Source: Basidiobolus meristosporus CBS 931.73
Taxonomy: Eukaryota; Fungi; Basidiobolomycota
Assembly (NCBI GenBank): GCA_002104905.1
Contig: MCFE01000100.1
Span: forward strand, 62,001-126,000
Length of the DNA stretch: 64,000 nucleotides
Reading direction: 5' to 3'
Below, in pieces: positions 1 to 12,174 of this stretch. Both the position numbers and the translations under genes were made by a program. Positions within the stretch are counted from its first letter, which is position 1. Each line of letters opens with the position of its first letter. The notes beneath the pieces are model-generated. The model was not told where the DNA came from. It worked only from the letters and a program-made list of their open reading frames with translations, and made no database searches.

Positions 1-642
1 CCGCTCACTATTTTTCACAAGAATGTTAGTTTATACTTGGCAGAGTTCGTTGCAAGGGCGTAGCTACCTGCAAGACTGACAGCGGTGGACCTCTTCCTGA
101 CAAACCAATGAGATGGCGCACTGATGGCTGGGAAATACACCATTGAAGCACCAACACCCAGAAGAAAGCCCTGGGTCAGGTAGAGTTGCCATAGCTATAG
201 GGAAAGCGCTGTGAGACTCAAAGATGGATCAATGGTGGGCTTTGGAAAGTACCTGTGATGCAAACGACGCTCCTATTAAACTACTCGCAAGGATTACCGA
301 CCCAATCAATATGGATTGGCGAAAGCCTAGACGCTCCGCCAACGGGCCGGAGAACACACCGAAGACGTAGCATGTGGTGGACTCGATGGTTCCCACCAAT
401 GCAATCTCCTTGGATGAATGCTGGGTAAATTTGGTTTGCTCGTAGTACTGTTGAAACACCCCGAAGGTGAACTCAAGCCCAAATACAACGAAGTGGACGA
501 CGAAGCTTCCGAGAACCACCAGCCAGACCCAGCCCTTCTCGGAGTCATTGAAGATCTTGCTCTCCTCGATGGCAGCGACGGTCTCTTCGGTGATCTCTGG
601 AGAGATGACTTGGAGTTCAAAGGAGGTTTTTTCCCGTTCCAT
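1..642 (-). CDS. MFS monocarboxylate-transporter (MCT/SLC16-like) protein, 5' part; exons 642-253, 194-68, 7-<1
   Basis: ORF has GWVWLVVLGSF, FGVFQQYY and GPLAERLGFR motifs. Splicing a GT-AG intron at 252-195 gives LWQLYLTQGFLLGVGASMVYFPAISAPSHWFVRKRSTAVSLA. A second intron at 67-8 (CTAAC branch point) continues into VSG. Gene runs off the window edge. Confidence 0.9.
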
Positions 643-1709
643 ACTTTGGACTGACGGGAAGGACAGCCGAATGGCTTTTATAGGAGCTATTCTGTCTTTG
701 CTGTTGTTTTTCTCACTCCTGTACTCTAATTAGCTCCATTGGCTCATAAGAATAGCACGGAGAATGTACTAGTTTGTGTGACTTTATAATTCACTTTAGT
801 GTGGTCACACCAGGGTGGCTCAGGATAGGAATCACAGTTCCGGGTAACAATGTCTCAGTTGGGTGGCCACGTTACTAACCCATTGAAGTATATGATCGGA
901 TTCCTCCTCTCCCTAACGCATCTAAATTGGCCCGGATGCGCATCAAATCCTTTTCATGCAAATCGGTAAACTCAGAGATTATTCCACTCGCAAATCCCTT
1001 TCTAAAGAGGTTCGACAAACAGATTTGCCAAAAAGCTTTGCAAGATTACTCGCTTATTGAGCTGTGATAGCATGACTTGCTATCAGATGCACCATCATTT
1101 CCTCCCTTCTGACCTGTCCCGTTGACAACTCGATGCCATATCGGCCAGCATAATGATAGAGTTACTGCTTGACAGTGCGAAGTTCCAGTTTCGTTTAGCG
1201 ATCATCATTAGCTGAGCCTGCCTTGACCTAGCATCATCGGTCAACTTCATTATGTAGTTTATGCACCATGTCCACCGTAACTTTGTAGCTAATTTGACTG
1301 CGTTGTGAAGGTGTTGAAAATGTCGAGAGTTTGATTGGATGTGAAGAATTGATTGGAGGATCTGGGTTTGGATAGACGGACAAGATCGAGTTGGCCTATA
1401 GTATTGGTGGCAAGGGTGAGATGGTTTGAGGAGAGGAAGATTTTGCGAGGAATGATTTTACGGACAAGCATGGGGTTGTGGAAATAAAGGAATTCTATGA
1501 AGAGGATGTAACTAATGAAGGAATAAGGCTTGCATTCAAGATCTAAGAGCTCTATATTGGAGAGCAGGGTTTTGTTGGGGGAAGATGTTGAGCTTGGGCT
1601 TAGGAGGAGGTTTACTGTTGCGTGCTTGCACTTGTTAACATAAAAGCTGAAGTGAGATGTTGTACTTCAAGAATGTGGTGCAAAATTTATTTGCAGAACA
1701 AGGAAGCTT

Positions 1710-2635
1710 TTGGATGGCCTTAAGAGGGTACCATCATCTGCTCTAAGTAACCTTTCTTGCAGCTACTGTGAAAGGAAAGGGCACACATCAGACTGGTGCT
1801 TCAAAAATATAATAATCAGAAGAAAATGCCTGAGTATGAAGATGCTGCAACCACTGAAGATGGACTATTCATATCAGCACTCAGTATGACAACAAACAAG
1901 GATTCTCAGATATGGTATATTGACTCTGGAGTATCTCAACACTTAACACACCAAAAAGAACTTTTTACTAAATGTCAAGAAGTTCCAACTAAGAAGGTCT
2001 CATGGGAGACAACAGAACACTTGATGCAGTTAGACAGGGAACTATTAACTAATCCTTGGAAGCACTGAAGGAAGCCACACACTTACCTTCAAAGAAGTAC
2101 TTTATATATCAGAAATAACCAGACACCTATTATCTGTAAGCAAGACCACAACAAAATAGCTTGGTTACAGTTTTGACAATTTTTGATGCAGATACACTGA
2201 TCAAAATGGTGCCTATATTGCCTGAAGTATCAGCAATGAGAATCTATGTAAGCTAACTCATACTCTATTATTTCTGGGAGCCAACAGATATAACTTGACA
2301 GAAGAAACACCAATGCTTTTGCACAGGAGATTTGCCCAGGTCAGCTTTAGTCATCTGAGCAAAATAATCTAAATCAGCTAATTGCCGGAGTAAGAATACA
2401 TTACACAGCAAATCTGAGGCACTGCAAAGCCTGAACATACAAGAAACAAGCCAGAAAATATTTCAAGAGCTGTGGGTTCAGCAATATCAAGAAAGAACTT
2501 GATTTAATTCACTTGGATCTATATGGATCAATGCAGATATTATCTTTGGGCAGAATAAATTATTTAGTATCATGAATTGATTATTATACAAGATATATGC
2601 AGGTGTAATACATGGAGAGAAAGAAAGAAGCTCTG
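1710..2635 (+). mobile_element. Ty1/copia family A internal remnant (zinc knuckle, protease, GAG-pre-integrase, integrase start)
   Basis: CSYCERKGHTSDWC knuckle and WYIDSGVSQH protease motif (ORF 1796-2068). Homologous to the better-preserved copies at 7224-7970 and 56939-58435. Many stops; ends approximate. Confidence 0.85.
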
Positions 2636-2639
2636 CCTA

Positions 2640-3251
2640 GTTGTAAAAGCTTTGGAGATATTGGAAGTAATTAGGAGAAAAGGTAGATTATGTGGTTCCC
2701 ACCTAATTGCTTATTGAATGGAAAAGTAGTCATATACTTTTATATGGTCTTGACAAGAAAACCATGTAGGGTATGTTTAGGAAGGAAACAAAAAGATATG
2801 CTCAATGCTTGGTACTGTTTAGGTGACTTTATAAAATTTGATGTTCTGGGTACCTAATATTTTGGCAAAAATATTCTAAGTAAATTACAACAAGGAATCT
2901 GGTTGAAATTCTCAAAGATTTGTAGGTAATGATATAAGTGACTAAGTTAGGTGAATTTCCAGGTAGCATTATGACATTTTGCAACACTCCCAATCTACTA
3001 AACATCCATATCAACTGATCCTAAGTGTGATCTAAGATATTCAAATTTGTCTCTTACTAATGGTTTGGTAAATATGCCAGCAATCATTTCATCTGTAGGA
3101 CAGTAAGCTAAGTTAGCCAAGTTATTCTCTATAGCTTCACATCTGAAATGATGTTTACTATTTGTGCACTTAGTTCTAGCAAGGGAAGTTGCATTTCTAA
3201 ATAACTCTATCCATCCTTAATTACCTTGGAATAATGTAATAGGTGATTTTT
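2640..3251 (-). mobile_element. Copia family A remnant: degenerate 3' LTR (2640-2986), PPT and RNase H fragment
   Basis: Similar to the LTR at 3757-4106. Followed on + by CTCCCAATC (PPT) and sequence matching the RNase H at 4118-4588. Cut off by the LTR starting at 3252. Confidence 0.8.
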
Positions 3252-3756
3252 TGTTGTAAGAATTTGTAATTTCCCCTATATGCTTACCTAATTTAGTTAG
3301 TTATATCACTACATACAAATCTTAGAGAATACTGACCAAACTCCCTATTAGGATTTACTTAGAATATTTTCACCAAAATATTAGGTACCCAGAGCATAAA
3401 AATTCTCATAGTTCTCTAAACAGCCCCAAACATTGCACATATGTTGTTGGGACCTTCCTAAACTTATTATATGTGCTTATTATGCCAAGACCATGTAAAT
3501 GTATAAATAGTACTTTACATCCAATAAATCATTAAGTCAGAAGCATATAATAGACTTGTTCCATTGTGCCATTGATCATGGTGCCAGAGAGTGCTGTATA
3601 TTTTGCTATTAATTTGATATTTTAGGGTCATATGCATGTCAATTTTGATCCTAAATTGGTACTGTATGGCACTGTCTGGCACTCTGAGGTATGACCAGGC
3701 ACCATCTGGCATGCTATGGCACTATGGGGCACTATGATCAGCTGGAATGATGGAAC

Positions 3757-6700
3757 TGTTGTAAGAGTCTTGGAGATATTGGAAGTGATTGGGAGGACAA
3801 GTAGATTATGTGGTTTTCACTTAATGATTTATAGAATGTAAAAGTAGAATTTATACTTTTACCTGGTCTTGGCATTACAAACACATAGAGTAGGTTAAGG
3901 AAGGTCCCAAGAACATGTGTGCAAGTTTGGGGCTGTTTGGACAACTTTGAGAATTTTCATGTTCTGGGTACCTGGTATTTTTGGTGAAAATATTCTAAGT
4001 AAGTCACGACAAGGAATTTTGGTCAGTATTCTCCAGGATTTGAAGGTGATGATCTAAGTGACTAAGTTAGGTGAATATTTAGGTGGAAATACAAATTTTT
4101 ACAACACTCCCACTTAGCTAAATGTTCATACTGACTAGTCCTAATTTTGACCCAAGATATTCAGACTTGTCTCTAGCTAATGGTTTGGTAGATATGTCTG
4201 CAATCATTTCATCTGTAGGACAATAAACTAAGTTAACTAAGTTAGTCTCTATAGCCTCACATATGAAACAATGTCTAATATCTCTGTGCTTGGTTCTAGC
4301 ATGAAAAGTTGGATTTCTACCTAATTGTATACATCCTTGATTATCTTGAAATAAAGTAATAGGCATTTTTTGACATAGGCCTAAATCTGTAAAAAGTTTT
4401 CTTAACCACATTACTTCTTTTGTAGCTTCATAGGCTGCCATATACTCTGCCTCTGTGGTGGAAAGTGCTACAGTTGGTTGCTCTCTTGAATTCCATGAAA
4501 TTGCTCCTTTACAGTAAAGAAAGGTGTATCCTGTGGCGGATCTTCTGTCTTCTAAATTTTGTCCACAATCAGCATCAGAGTATCCCACAAGATCCTGTTC
4601 TGAATCCTTATAAGGTATCTTAAGCAGATATCAGCAGTTCCTTTTAGGTATCTAAAAATTTGCTTAACTGCTGCAATATGATCAGATCCAAAGTTCTGAT
4701 TATGTTGGCTGACAACTCCCACGGAATATGAGATATCTGGACATGTTCCAAGCATGATATACATCAGACTGCCAACCATAGATTGATAAGGGAAGTCAGG
4801 GCTTTCAGATGGCACCAAGCTATCTTGATTTGGTTGGGTTTTGACCAAATAAAGGTTTGTCTCCATTGGGGTAGCTGCCTGTTTACAGTCTTCCATTTGG
4901 TACATCTTTACTATATCTTGAATATACTTGGATTGGCTTAGGGGGATAGTCTGGGTACTTCTGTATATGGAGAACTTAATCCCTAAGTAGTAATTAAGTT
5001 CTCCTAGATTGGACATCTTGAACTCCTTAGATAGGCTGGATTTAGTCTCTTACAATGTTTCTAGGTTATTGGTGGCTATAATAAGATCATCCACATATAG
5101 AGCTAATAGAGCTGGATTTACTCTATCTGGCTTATAGTATATAGTATAGTCAGCATTACTCCTTTTCAAACTCAAAGATTCCAAATAAGAATCTATCTTG
5201 CAATTCCAGGCTCTTGGTGATTGTTTGAGACCATATAGCAACTTCTTAAGCTTGCAGACCAAATGGGGGTTATCTTGGTTAATAAACCCATCAGGCTAGT
5301 CAATATACACATCCTCATCAAGTTCTCCATTCAAAAATGCAGTATTTACATCCATTTGATGAATAAAAAACTTATATTTGGCTGCAATAGCTAATATTAA
5401 TCTGATGGAATTAAACTTGGCTACCAGTGCAAAGGTCTCCATATAGTCAAGTCCTTTTGTTTGAGAGTATCCTTTGGCTACAAGTCTTGCTTTGTATCTT
5501 TCAATTGCACCATCAGCCTTGTATTTGTCTTGAAGACCCATCTGCATCCCATTGATTTTTGGTAGATTGGTAATTTGACTGAGTCCTAAGTTTGATTTTC
5601 CATCAGGGCCTGATATTCCTCAGTCATTGCAGATCTCCAAAACTTTGTCTGAGGGCTATTTAGGGCCTCTTTTACAGTCTGGGGTTCATCAACATGGACT
5701 GAATAGGCATAGGCTAAGTTTGTACCCTCATTGATATAGTTATATGGTCTATATCTTGTCTGATTGGATCTCCAGGCATTTGATACTGGAATGATCACTT
5801 CTGCAAAATTCCTGGGCACTGATTCTGGCTGAACCATGATTGTAGAGTCCTCTGGAGTGAAAATTTTTTCATTTTTTGCTCTGATTCAATTCTGACAATT
5901 GGTGGACTTGAGATCAAATTTTCATCATCATCTGATGTCATTTTTTGTGAAAATTTTGAATTTTTATCAAACAACACATCCCTGGACTTGATCAGCTTCT
6001 TTGCTTTGGTATTGTAGAGTCTGTATGCCTTACTCCCATTGCAGTAGCCCAAAAATATGCAGTTTACACTTTTTGGCTCATATTTGACTGATTTCCAGCC
6101 AGTTTTTTGGCACATGCTGTACACCCAAATATTCTTAGATGTTCTGCACTTGGTCTGTATCCATACCATGCTTCAAATGGAGTAGAATCACAAAGTATTC
6201 TGTTATAACTGTTATTTTTAAGGTAGGCAGCAGTGGCAGCTAATTCCGCCCAAAAATCATAGGATAATTCTAGATCATGGATCATAGATCTTGCCAAATC
6301 ATTTATTGATCTGTTAGCACATTCTGCTACTCCAGTTTGCTATGGGGAGTATGGTACAGTAGTCTCTTGCTTTATCCCATGAATTTTGCAGAAGTGGATG
6401 AAGAGTTTTGAGGTATATTCTCCACCATTGTCAGAGTGTATTTTCTTGATTTTTTCACCAGTTTCTCTCTCCACCATGGCTTTAAACTCCCTGAACTTAG
6501 ACAGAGCTTCTTCCTTTCTCTCCATGAAGCAGACCCATGTGTATCTTGTATAATCATCAATAAAGGTGATCAAGTACTTCATCCCACCTAAGAATAAAAT
6601 TTGCATAGGTCCACATAGATCTAAGTGAATTAGATCTAATTTTTTCTTAGTTTTGATTAACCCAGAGCTCTTGAACAGTTGTCTGGCTTGTTTCCCATAT

Positions 6701-8436
6701 ATGCAGGCTTAACAGTGCTCCAAATTAGCTGGGGGATCAATTTTCACTCCAGAAATTAGCTGATCATTGATCATTTTACACAAATAATCAAATTGGTGTG
6801 TCCAAATCTCCTGTGCCAAAGCATTGGTGTTTCTTCATTTAAGTAACTTATATTGGCTTCCAGATATGATGGAATATAAGTCAACTTGTATAGATTCTGA
6901 TCTCTGATGCCCAAAGCAATATGGGCACCATTTTGATCGGTGATCCTGCATCCAGAATTGTCAAAACCAAAACTGAGTCCTTCTGCTGTGGCCTTGCTTA
7001 CAGATAGTAGGTTCTTGGCTATTTCTATTACATAGAGTACTTCTTTAAAGGTCAGTGTATGGCTTCCTTCACTACTTCTTAGGTTTGCTTGGATAGTTCC
7101 TTCTCCCATTGCATCAAGTGTTCTATTGTCACCCATGAAAACCTTCTTAATTGGAATTTCTTGATATTGGGTAAAAAGTTCTTTTTGGTGTGTAAAGTGT
7201 TGAGAAGCTCCAGAGGCAATATATCACATCTGAGAATCCTTGTTTGTGGTCATATTTAGTGCAGATATGAATAGTCTATCTTCAGTTGTTGCAGCATTTC
7301 CATATTCAGGCTTCTTTTGCTGATAATCTCTCTTTTTGAGACACCAGTCTGATGTGTGTCCTTTCCTTTTGCAGTAGTTGCAAAATAGGTTGCTGTTGCC
7401 TTTGTAGGGTCTTAGGGACCTTCTTTGTTGGTTTTCATTGCTTATTAAAGCATTTTCTTCTTCCTTCTTATTGGTGCTTGATTTTTTTAATTCTTCATCC
7501 AGGAGCCTTCCATATACATAATTAAAGGTCAAGTCTTCAGTTCTGGACTCTAGAGCTGACACAAGGCCCTGAAACCTGTCTGTCAGGCTATTCAGGATGG
7601 TAACTATCACATCCTCATCAGTAGTTGGTACACCCACAGATTCCATCTCATCTACTAGCAGGGTAATTCTGTTAATTAGATTTTTCATTTCTTCTCCTGG
7701 CAGCATCTTTGTAGTAAAGAATTTTTGTCTCAGATACATTTTCTTAGCAGCTGAACATGACTGGTAGGTGTCTTCTAATGCTTTCCAGGCATTCTTTGAC
7801 ATTTTTGCTCTTGAGCATTGAATTAGCAATTTGTCTTTAACATCAAGGCAAATGCAGTTAAAGGCACTTTGTTCTTTCTTCTGGTACTTCAAGGCTTCCT
7901 CTTCCTCATTTTTAGGAGGGCATTCTTCTCCCATGGTGATATCCCAAAGGACTCTTTCTTGTAGCAGCATCTACATTCTCACCTTCCACACTTGGTAGTT
8001 AGATCCAACCAACTTTTCAGCAGAGGGAAATTCCAGTAATAGCAGTAGTGGACATTACAGAGAGTGACAGCTTGGGGCTCATAACCTGTTGCAAGAGTCT
8101 TGGAGATATTGGAAGTGATTGGGAGGACAAGTAGATTTTGTGGTTTTCACTTAATGATTTATTGAATGTAAAATTAGTATTTATACTTTTACCTGGTCTT
8201 GGGATTACAAACACATAGAATAGGTTAAGGAAGGTCCCAAGAACATGTGTGCAAGTTTGGGGCTGTTTGGACAACTTGGAGAATTTTCATGTTCTGGGTA
8301 CCTGGTATTTTTGGTGAAAATATTCTAAGTAAATCCCAACACGGAATTTTGGTCAGTATTCTCTAGGATTTGAAGGTGATGATCTAAGTGACAAAGTTAG
8401 GTGAATATTTAGGTGGAAATACAAATTTTTACAACA
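3757..8436 (-). mobile_element. Full-length Ty1/copia family A element (LTRs 3757-4106 and 8087-8436, 350 bp), TSD GGAAC
   Basis: TGTTG...CAACA LTRs, ~14 mismatches by eye (~96%). GGAAC at 3752-3756 and 8437-8441. PBS GGTTATGAGCCCC at 8086-8074; PPT at 4117-4107. Order gag, protease, integrase, RT (YVDD), RNase H. Confidence 0.97.
4118..8070 (-). pseudogene. Copia gag-pol polyprotein, broken by stops and frameshifts
   Basis: Fragments: gag 7224-7970 (CNYCKRKGHTSDWC), GAG-pre-integrase 6771-7136, integrase 6340-6606 (FIDD, HSDNGGEY), RT 5050-5547 ([17 protein letters not shown]), RNase H 4118-4588 (YSDAD, STTEAEY). Confidence 0.95.
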
Positions 8437-8450
8437 GGAACAAGTCTATT

Positions 8451-9184
8451 AGACTTGTTCCATTGGATAGTGCCACATTGAGCCATGAGTGCCAAATGAT
8501 GCCATAGTGTGCCAGAGAGGTCAAGTGAGCCTATACTTGGCCACAGAGTGTGCAACATAGCTCTGCATCTTCATGTAAAGCAGCCCCTGTGTTTCACCCA
8601 TTGCGCAGGAGAAAATCCATTTTTTGACCTTTTTTTGTGGATCAATGTAGCTCAGGATGTGTGAGAGCACAGGAGAACTGAAGATATGCATCTGGTACTC
8701 AATACCCATGGCACTCTGAATCTAGCTCCCGTAGCTTGTATCATGTCACAAAAACAAATGGCACTATCTTTGTCCACTGGTACTATCTGGCACTATAAGT
8801 GCTTTGTATAGATCTTACTTTAGGGCTAATATTTAAATATAGTGCCAGAGAGTACCAGTGGACAAAGATAGTGCCATTTGTTTTTGTGACATGATACAAG
8901 CTACAGGAGCTAGATTTAGAGTGCCATGGGTATTGAGTACCAGATGCATATCTTCAGTTCTCCTGTGCTCTCACACATCCTGAGCTACAATGATCCACAA
9001 AAAAAGATCAAAAAATGGATTTTCTCCAACACAATGGGTGAAACACAGGGGCTGCCTTGCATGAAGATGCGGAGCTATGTTTCACACCCTGTGGCCAGGT
9101 AGAGGCTCAATTGGCCTCTCTGGCACACTATAGCATCATTTGGCACTCATGGCTCAATGTGGCACTATCCAACGGAACAAGTCT
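8451..9184. mobile_element. 734 bp foldback MITE (arms 8451-8797 and 8838-9184, 40 bp loop), TSD ATT
   Basis: Same AGACTTGTTC TIR as the PHIS element. The right half is the reverse complement of the left half. ATT at 8448-8450 and 9185-9187. Confidence 0.95.
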
Positions 9185-12174
9185 ATTCTACTTGTCCTCC
9201 CAATCACTTCCAATATCTCCAAGACTGTTACAACAGGTTATGAGCACCAAGCTGTCACTCTACACAATGTCTACTACTGCTATTACTGGAATATCTCCCT
9301 CTGCTGAAAGGTTGGTTGGATCTAACTACCATTTGTGGAAAGTGTAGATGAAGATTCTGCTACAAGAAAGAGGCCTTTGGGATATCACCATGGGAGAAGA
9401 ATGCCCTCCTAAAAATGAGGAAGAGGAAGCCTTGAAGTACCAGAAGAAAGAGCAAAGTGCCTTTAACTGCATTTGCCTTGATGTTAAAGACAAATTGATA
9501 ATTCAATGCTCAACAACAAATATGGCAAAAAATGCCTGGAAGGCATTAGGAGATACCTACCAGTCATGTTTGGTAGCTAAGAAAGTGTATCTTGGACAGA
9601 TATTCTTCACTAAAAAGATGCTTCTAGGTGAAAAAATGAAAAATCTAATCAAAACAATTACCCTGCTAGTGGATGAGATAGAATCCAAGGGCATAACAGC
9701 TACTGATGGAGATGTGATAGTCACCATCCTGAATAGCCAGTCAGCAAAGTTTCAGGGCCTTGTATCAGCCCTGCAGTCTAGAGCTGAGAATTTGACCTAA
9801 AGTTATTTGTATGCAAGCCTCCTAGATGAAGAATTAAGAAAATTAAGTGCCAATATAAAGAAGAAGGTGCTTTAATAAGCAGTGGTAATCAGCAAAAGAA
9901 GTACCCAAGACCCTTCAAAGGCAACAGCAACCTGTTTCACAAATACTGCAAAAGGAAAGGGCACACATCATGCCAGTGCTTCCAACAGAGAGATAATCAG
10001 CAGAAAAATCCTAAATGTGGATATGCTGCAACCACTGAAGATAGACTATCCATATTGGTACTCAATATGACCTCCAGCAAGGATTCTTAGATGTGGTATA
10101 TTCACTAAAGAGCATCTAAACACTTTACACACCAATATGAACTTTTACCCAATATCAAGAAATTGCAATCAAGAGGGATTTCATGGGTGACAATTAAACA
10201 CTTGATGGAGTTGGGGAAGGATCTATCCAAAGTAAACCTCAGGAGCATTGAAGAAAGCCATACACTGACCTTCAAAGAAGTACTCTATTTACCAGAAATA
10301 ACCAAGAACCTATCATCTGTAAGCAAGGCCACTGCGGAAGGACTCAGTTTCAGCTTTGACAACTCTAGATATACTATCACTGATTGAGATGGTGTACATA
10401 TTGCTTAAGGTATCAGAGATTGGAGTCCATACATGTTGACTTATATTCAATCACATTGGGAGGCCAATACAAGTAACCTAAACAAAGAGACACTAATGCT
10501 TTGGCACAGGAGATATGGACACATCAATTTTGATTATTTGCACAAAATGATCACAGATCAGCTAATTTCCAGAGTAAAAATTGATCCCCCCACTAATTGA
10601 GAGCACTGTGAGGCCTACATATATGGCAAAAAAGCTAGACAGCTGCTCTAGAGCTCTGGTTAGTTAAAACTAAGAATATACTTGATATAACTCACTTGGA
10701 TCTGTGTGGGCCTATGCAAAATTTATCCTCAGGTGCAATCAGGTACTTAATCACTTTTGATGATTCAAAACAAGATACAGACAGGTCTTCTTCATGGAAA
10801 GAAAGGAAGAAACTCTGTCTAAGCTCAGGGAGTTCAAAGCCATGGTGGTGAGAGAAACTGGTGAAAAAATCAAGAAAACATGCTGTAACAATGGTGGAGA
10901 ATATATCTGATAACTCTTAATCCACTTGTGCAAAACTCATGGGATAAAGCAAGAGACCACTGTATCAAACTCCATACAGCAAACAGAAGTGGCAGAACTT
11001 GCAAACAGATCAATGATCCATAATCAAAAATTATCTTATAATTATTGGGCAGATTCAGTTGCCACAGCTGTATACCTTAAAAATCAAAGTTAACAATGGA
11101 AAACTTTATTTTTCTACTTTATTTGAGGCATGATATGGATACACGCCTAGTGCATAATATCTCAGAATACTTGGGGGTACAGCCTATGTCACAGAACTGC
11201 CTGAAAATCAATAAAAATTTGCGCCAGAACTTGCAAAATGCATATTTTTGGGGTACTGTAACAAGAGAAGGATACACAGACTCTACAATACCAAAGCAAT
11301 GAAGCTGATCAAGTCCAGGGATGTGTGATTTAACAAGAATGCATAACTTTCACAAAAAATGTCATCACATGATGATAAATCAAATCTCAAGTCCACCAAT
11401 AGTGACAATTGAATTAGAGCAAAAAAATCCTATTTTTTGCTCCAGAGGACTTGACAACAGTGGCTCAGCCTGTACTAGTGCCCAGGAATATCTTCAAAGT
11501 AATCATTCCAGTATCATTAGCCAAGAGATCCAACCAGACCAGAAAGAGCCCAATTTACTACATCAATGAGGGTACAAGCTTAGCCTTTGCCTATTCAGTC
11601 CATATTGACAAGCCCCAGACTGTAATGGAGTCCCTAAATAGCCCTCAGACAAAGCTCTGGAAATCTGCAATGACTATGGAGTATCAGACCTTGATGGAAA
11701 ATCAAACTGGGCATAGGGTGAACTTAGCAATCAACCAAACATCATTTGGACACAGATGGATCTCCAAGACAAAATACAAGGCTAATGGTATAATTGAAAG
11801 ATAGAAAGCAAGACATATGGCAAAGGATACTCTCAAACTAAACAACTTGACTATACTGAGACCTTTGCAACAGTAGCCAAGTTTAAATCCATCAGATTAA
11901 TATGGGCTGTTGCAGCCAAATATAGGTTTTTTATACATCCAATAGATGTAAAAGCCATATTTTTGAGCTGGGGACTTTCTGAGGATGTCTATATGGACCA
12001 GCAACATGGGTTTGTTGATCAAGATAAGCCCCACATGATCTGTAACTTAAAACATCTCTATAAGGTGTAAAACAATCACCAACAGCCTGGCATTGAAACA
12101 TAAATACATAGTTGGAATCTTTGAGTTTCCAAAGAAGTACTGCTATTGCAATGATCCCATCAAAAGGCTGTCAC

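Larger units (their letters stand above)
3552..8447. mobile_element. ~210 bp PHIS-type MITE (3552-3756 + 8437-8447) interrupted by a full-length copia
   Basis: TIR AGACTTGTTC...GAACAAGTCT, flanks AAT/ATT. An uninterrupted reverse-oriented copy lies at 37031-37241. Confidence 0.9.
3252..12144 (+). mobile_element. Copia family A element with split 5' LTR (3252-3551 + 9188-9235), PBS at 9236, degenerate gag-pol 9348-12144, 3'-truncated in RT
   Basis: LTR halves rejoin as ...cat-AAT-ctacttgtcctcc... once the nested inserts are removed. GGTTATGAGCACC follows the LTR CA. ORF pieces: gag 9348-9800, integrase, and RT start (WISKTKYKANG). Confidence 0.85.

Noticed and set aside
3552-3756. Regularly recurring GTGCCA/TGGCAC units resembling a CRISPR-like array
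   Set aside because: The units are only 6 bp, irregularly spaced, in both orientations and inside TIR elements in a eukaryotic context.
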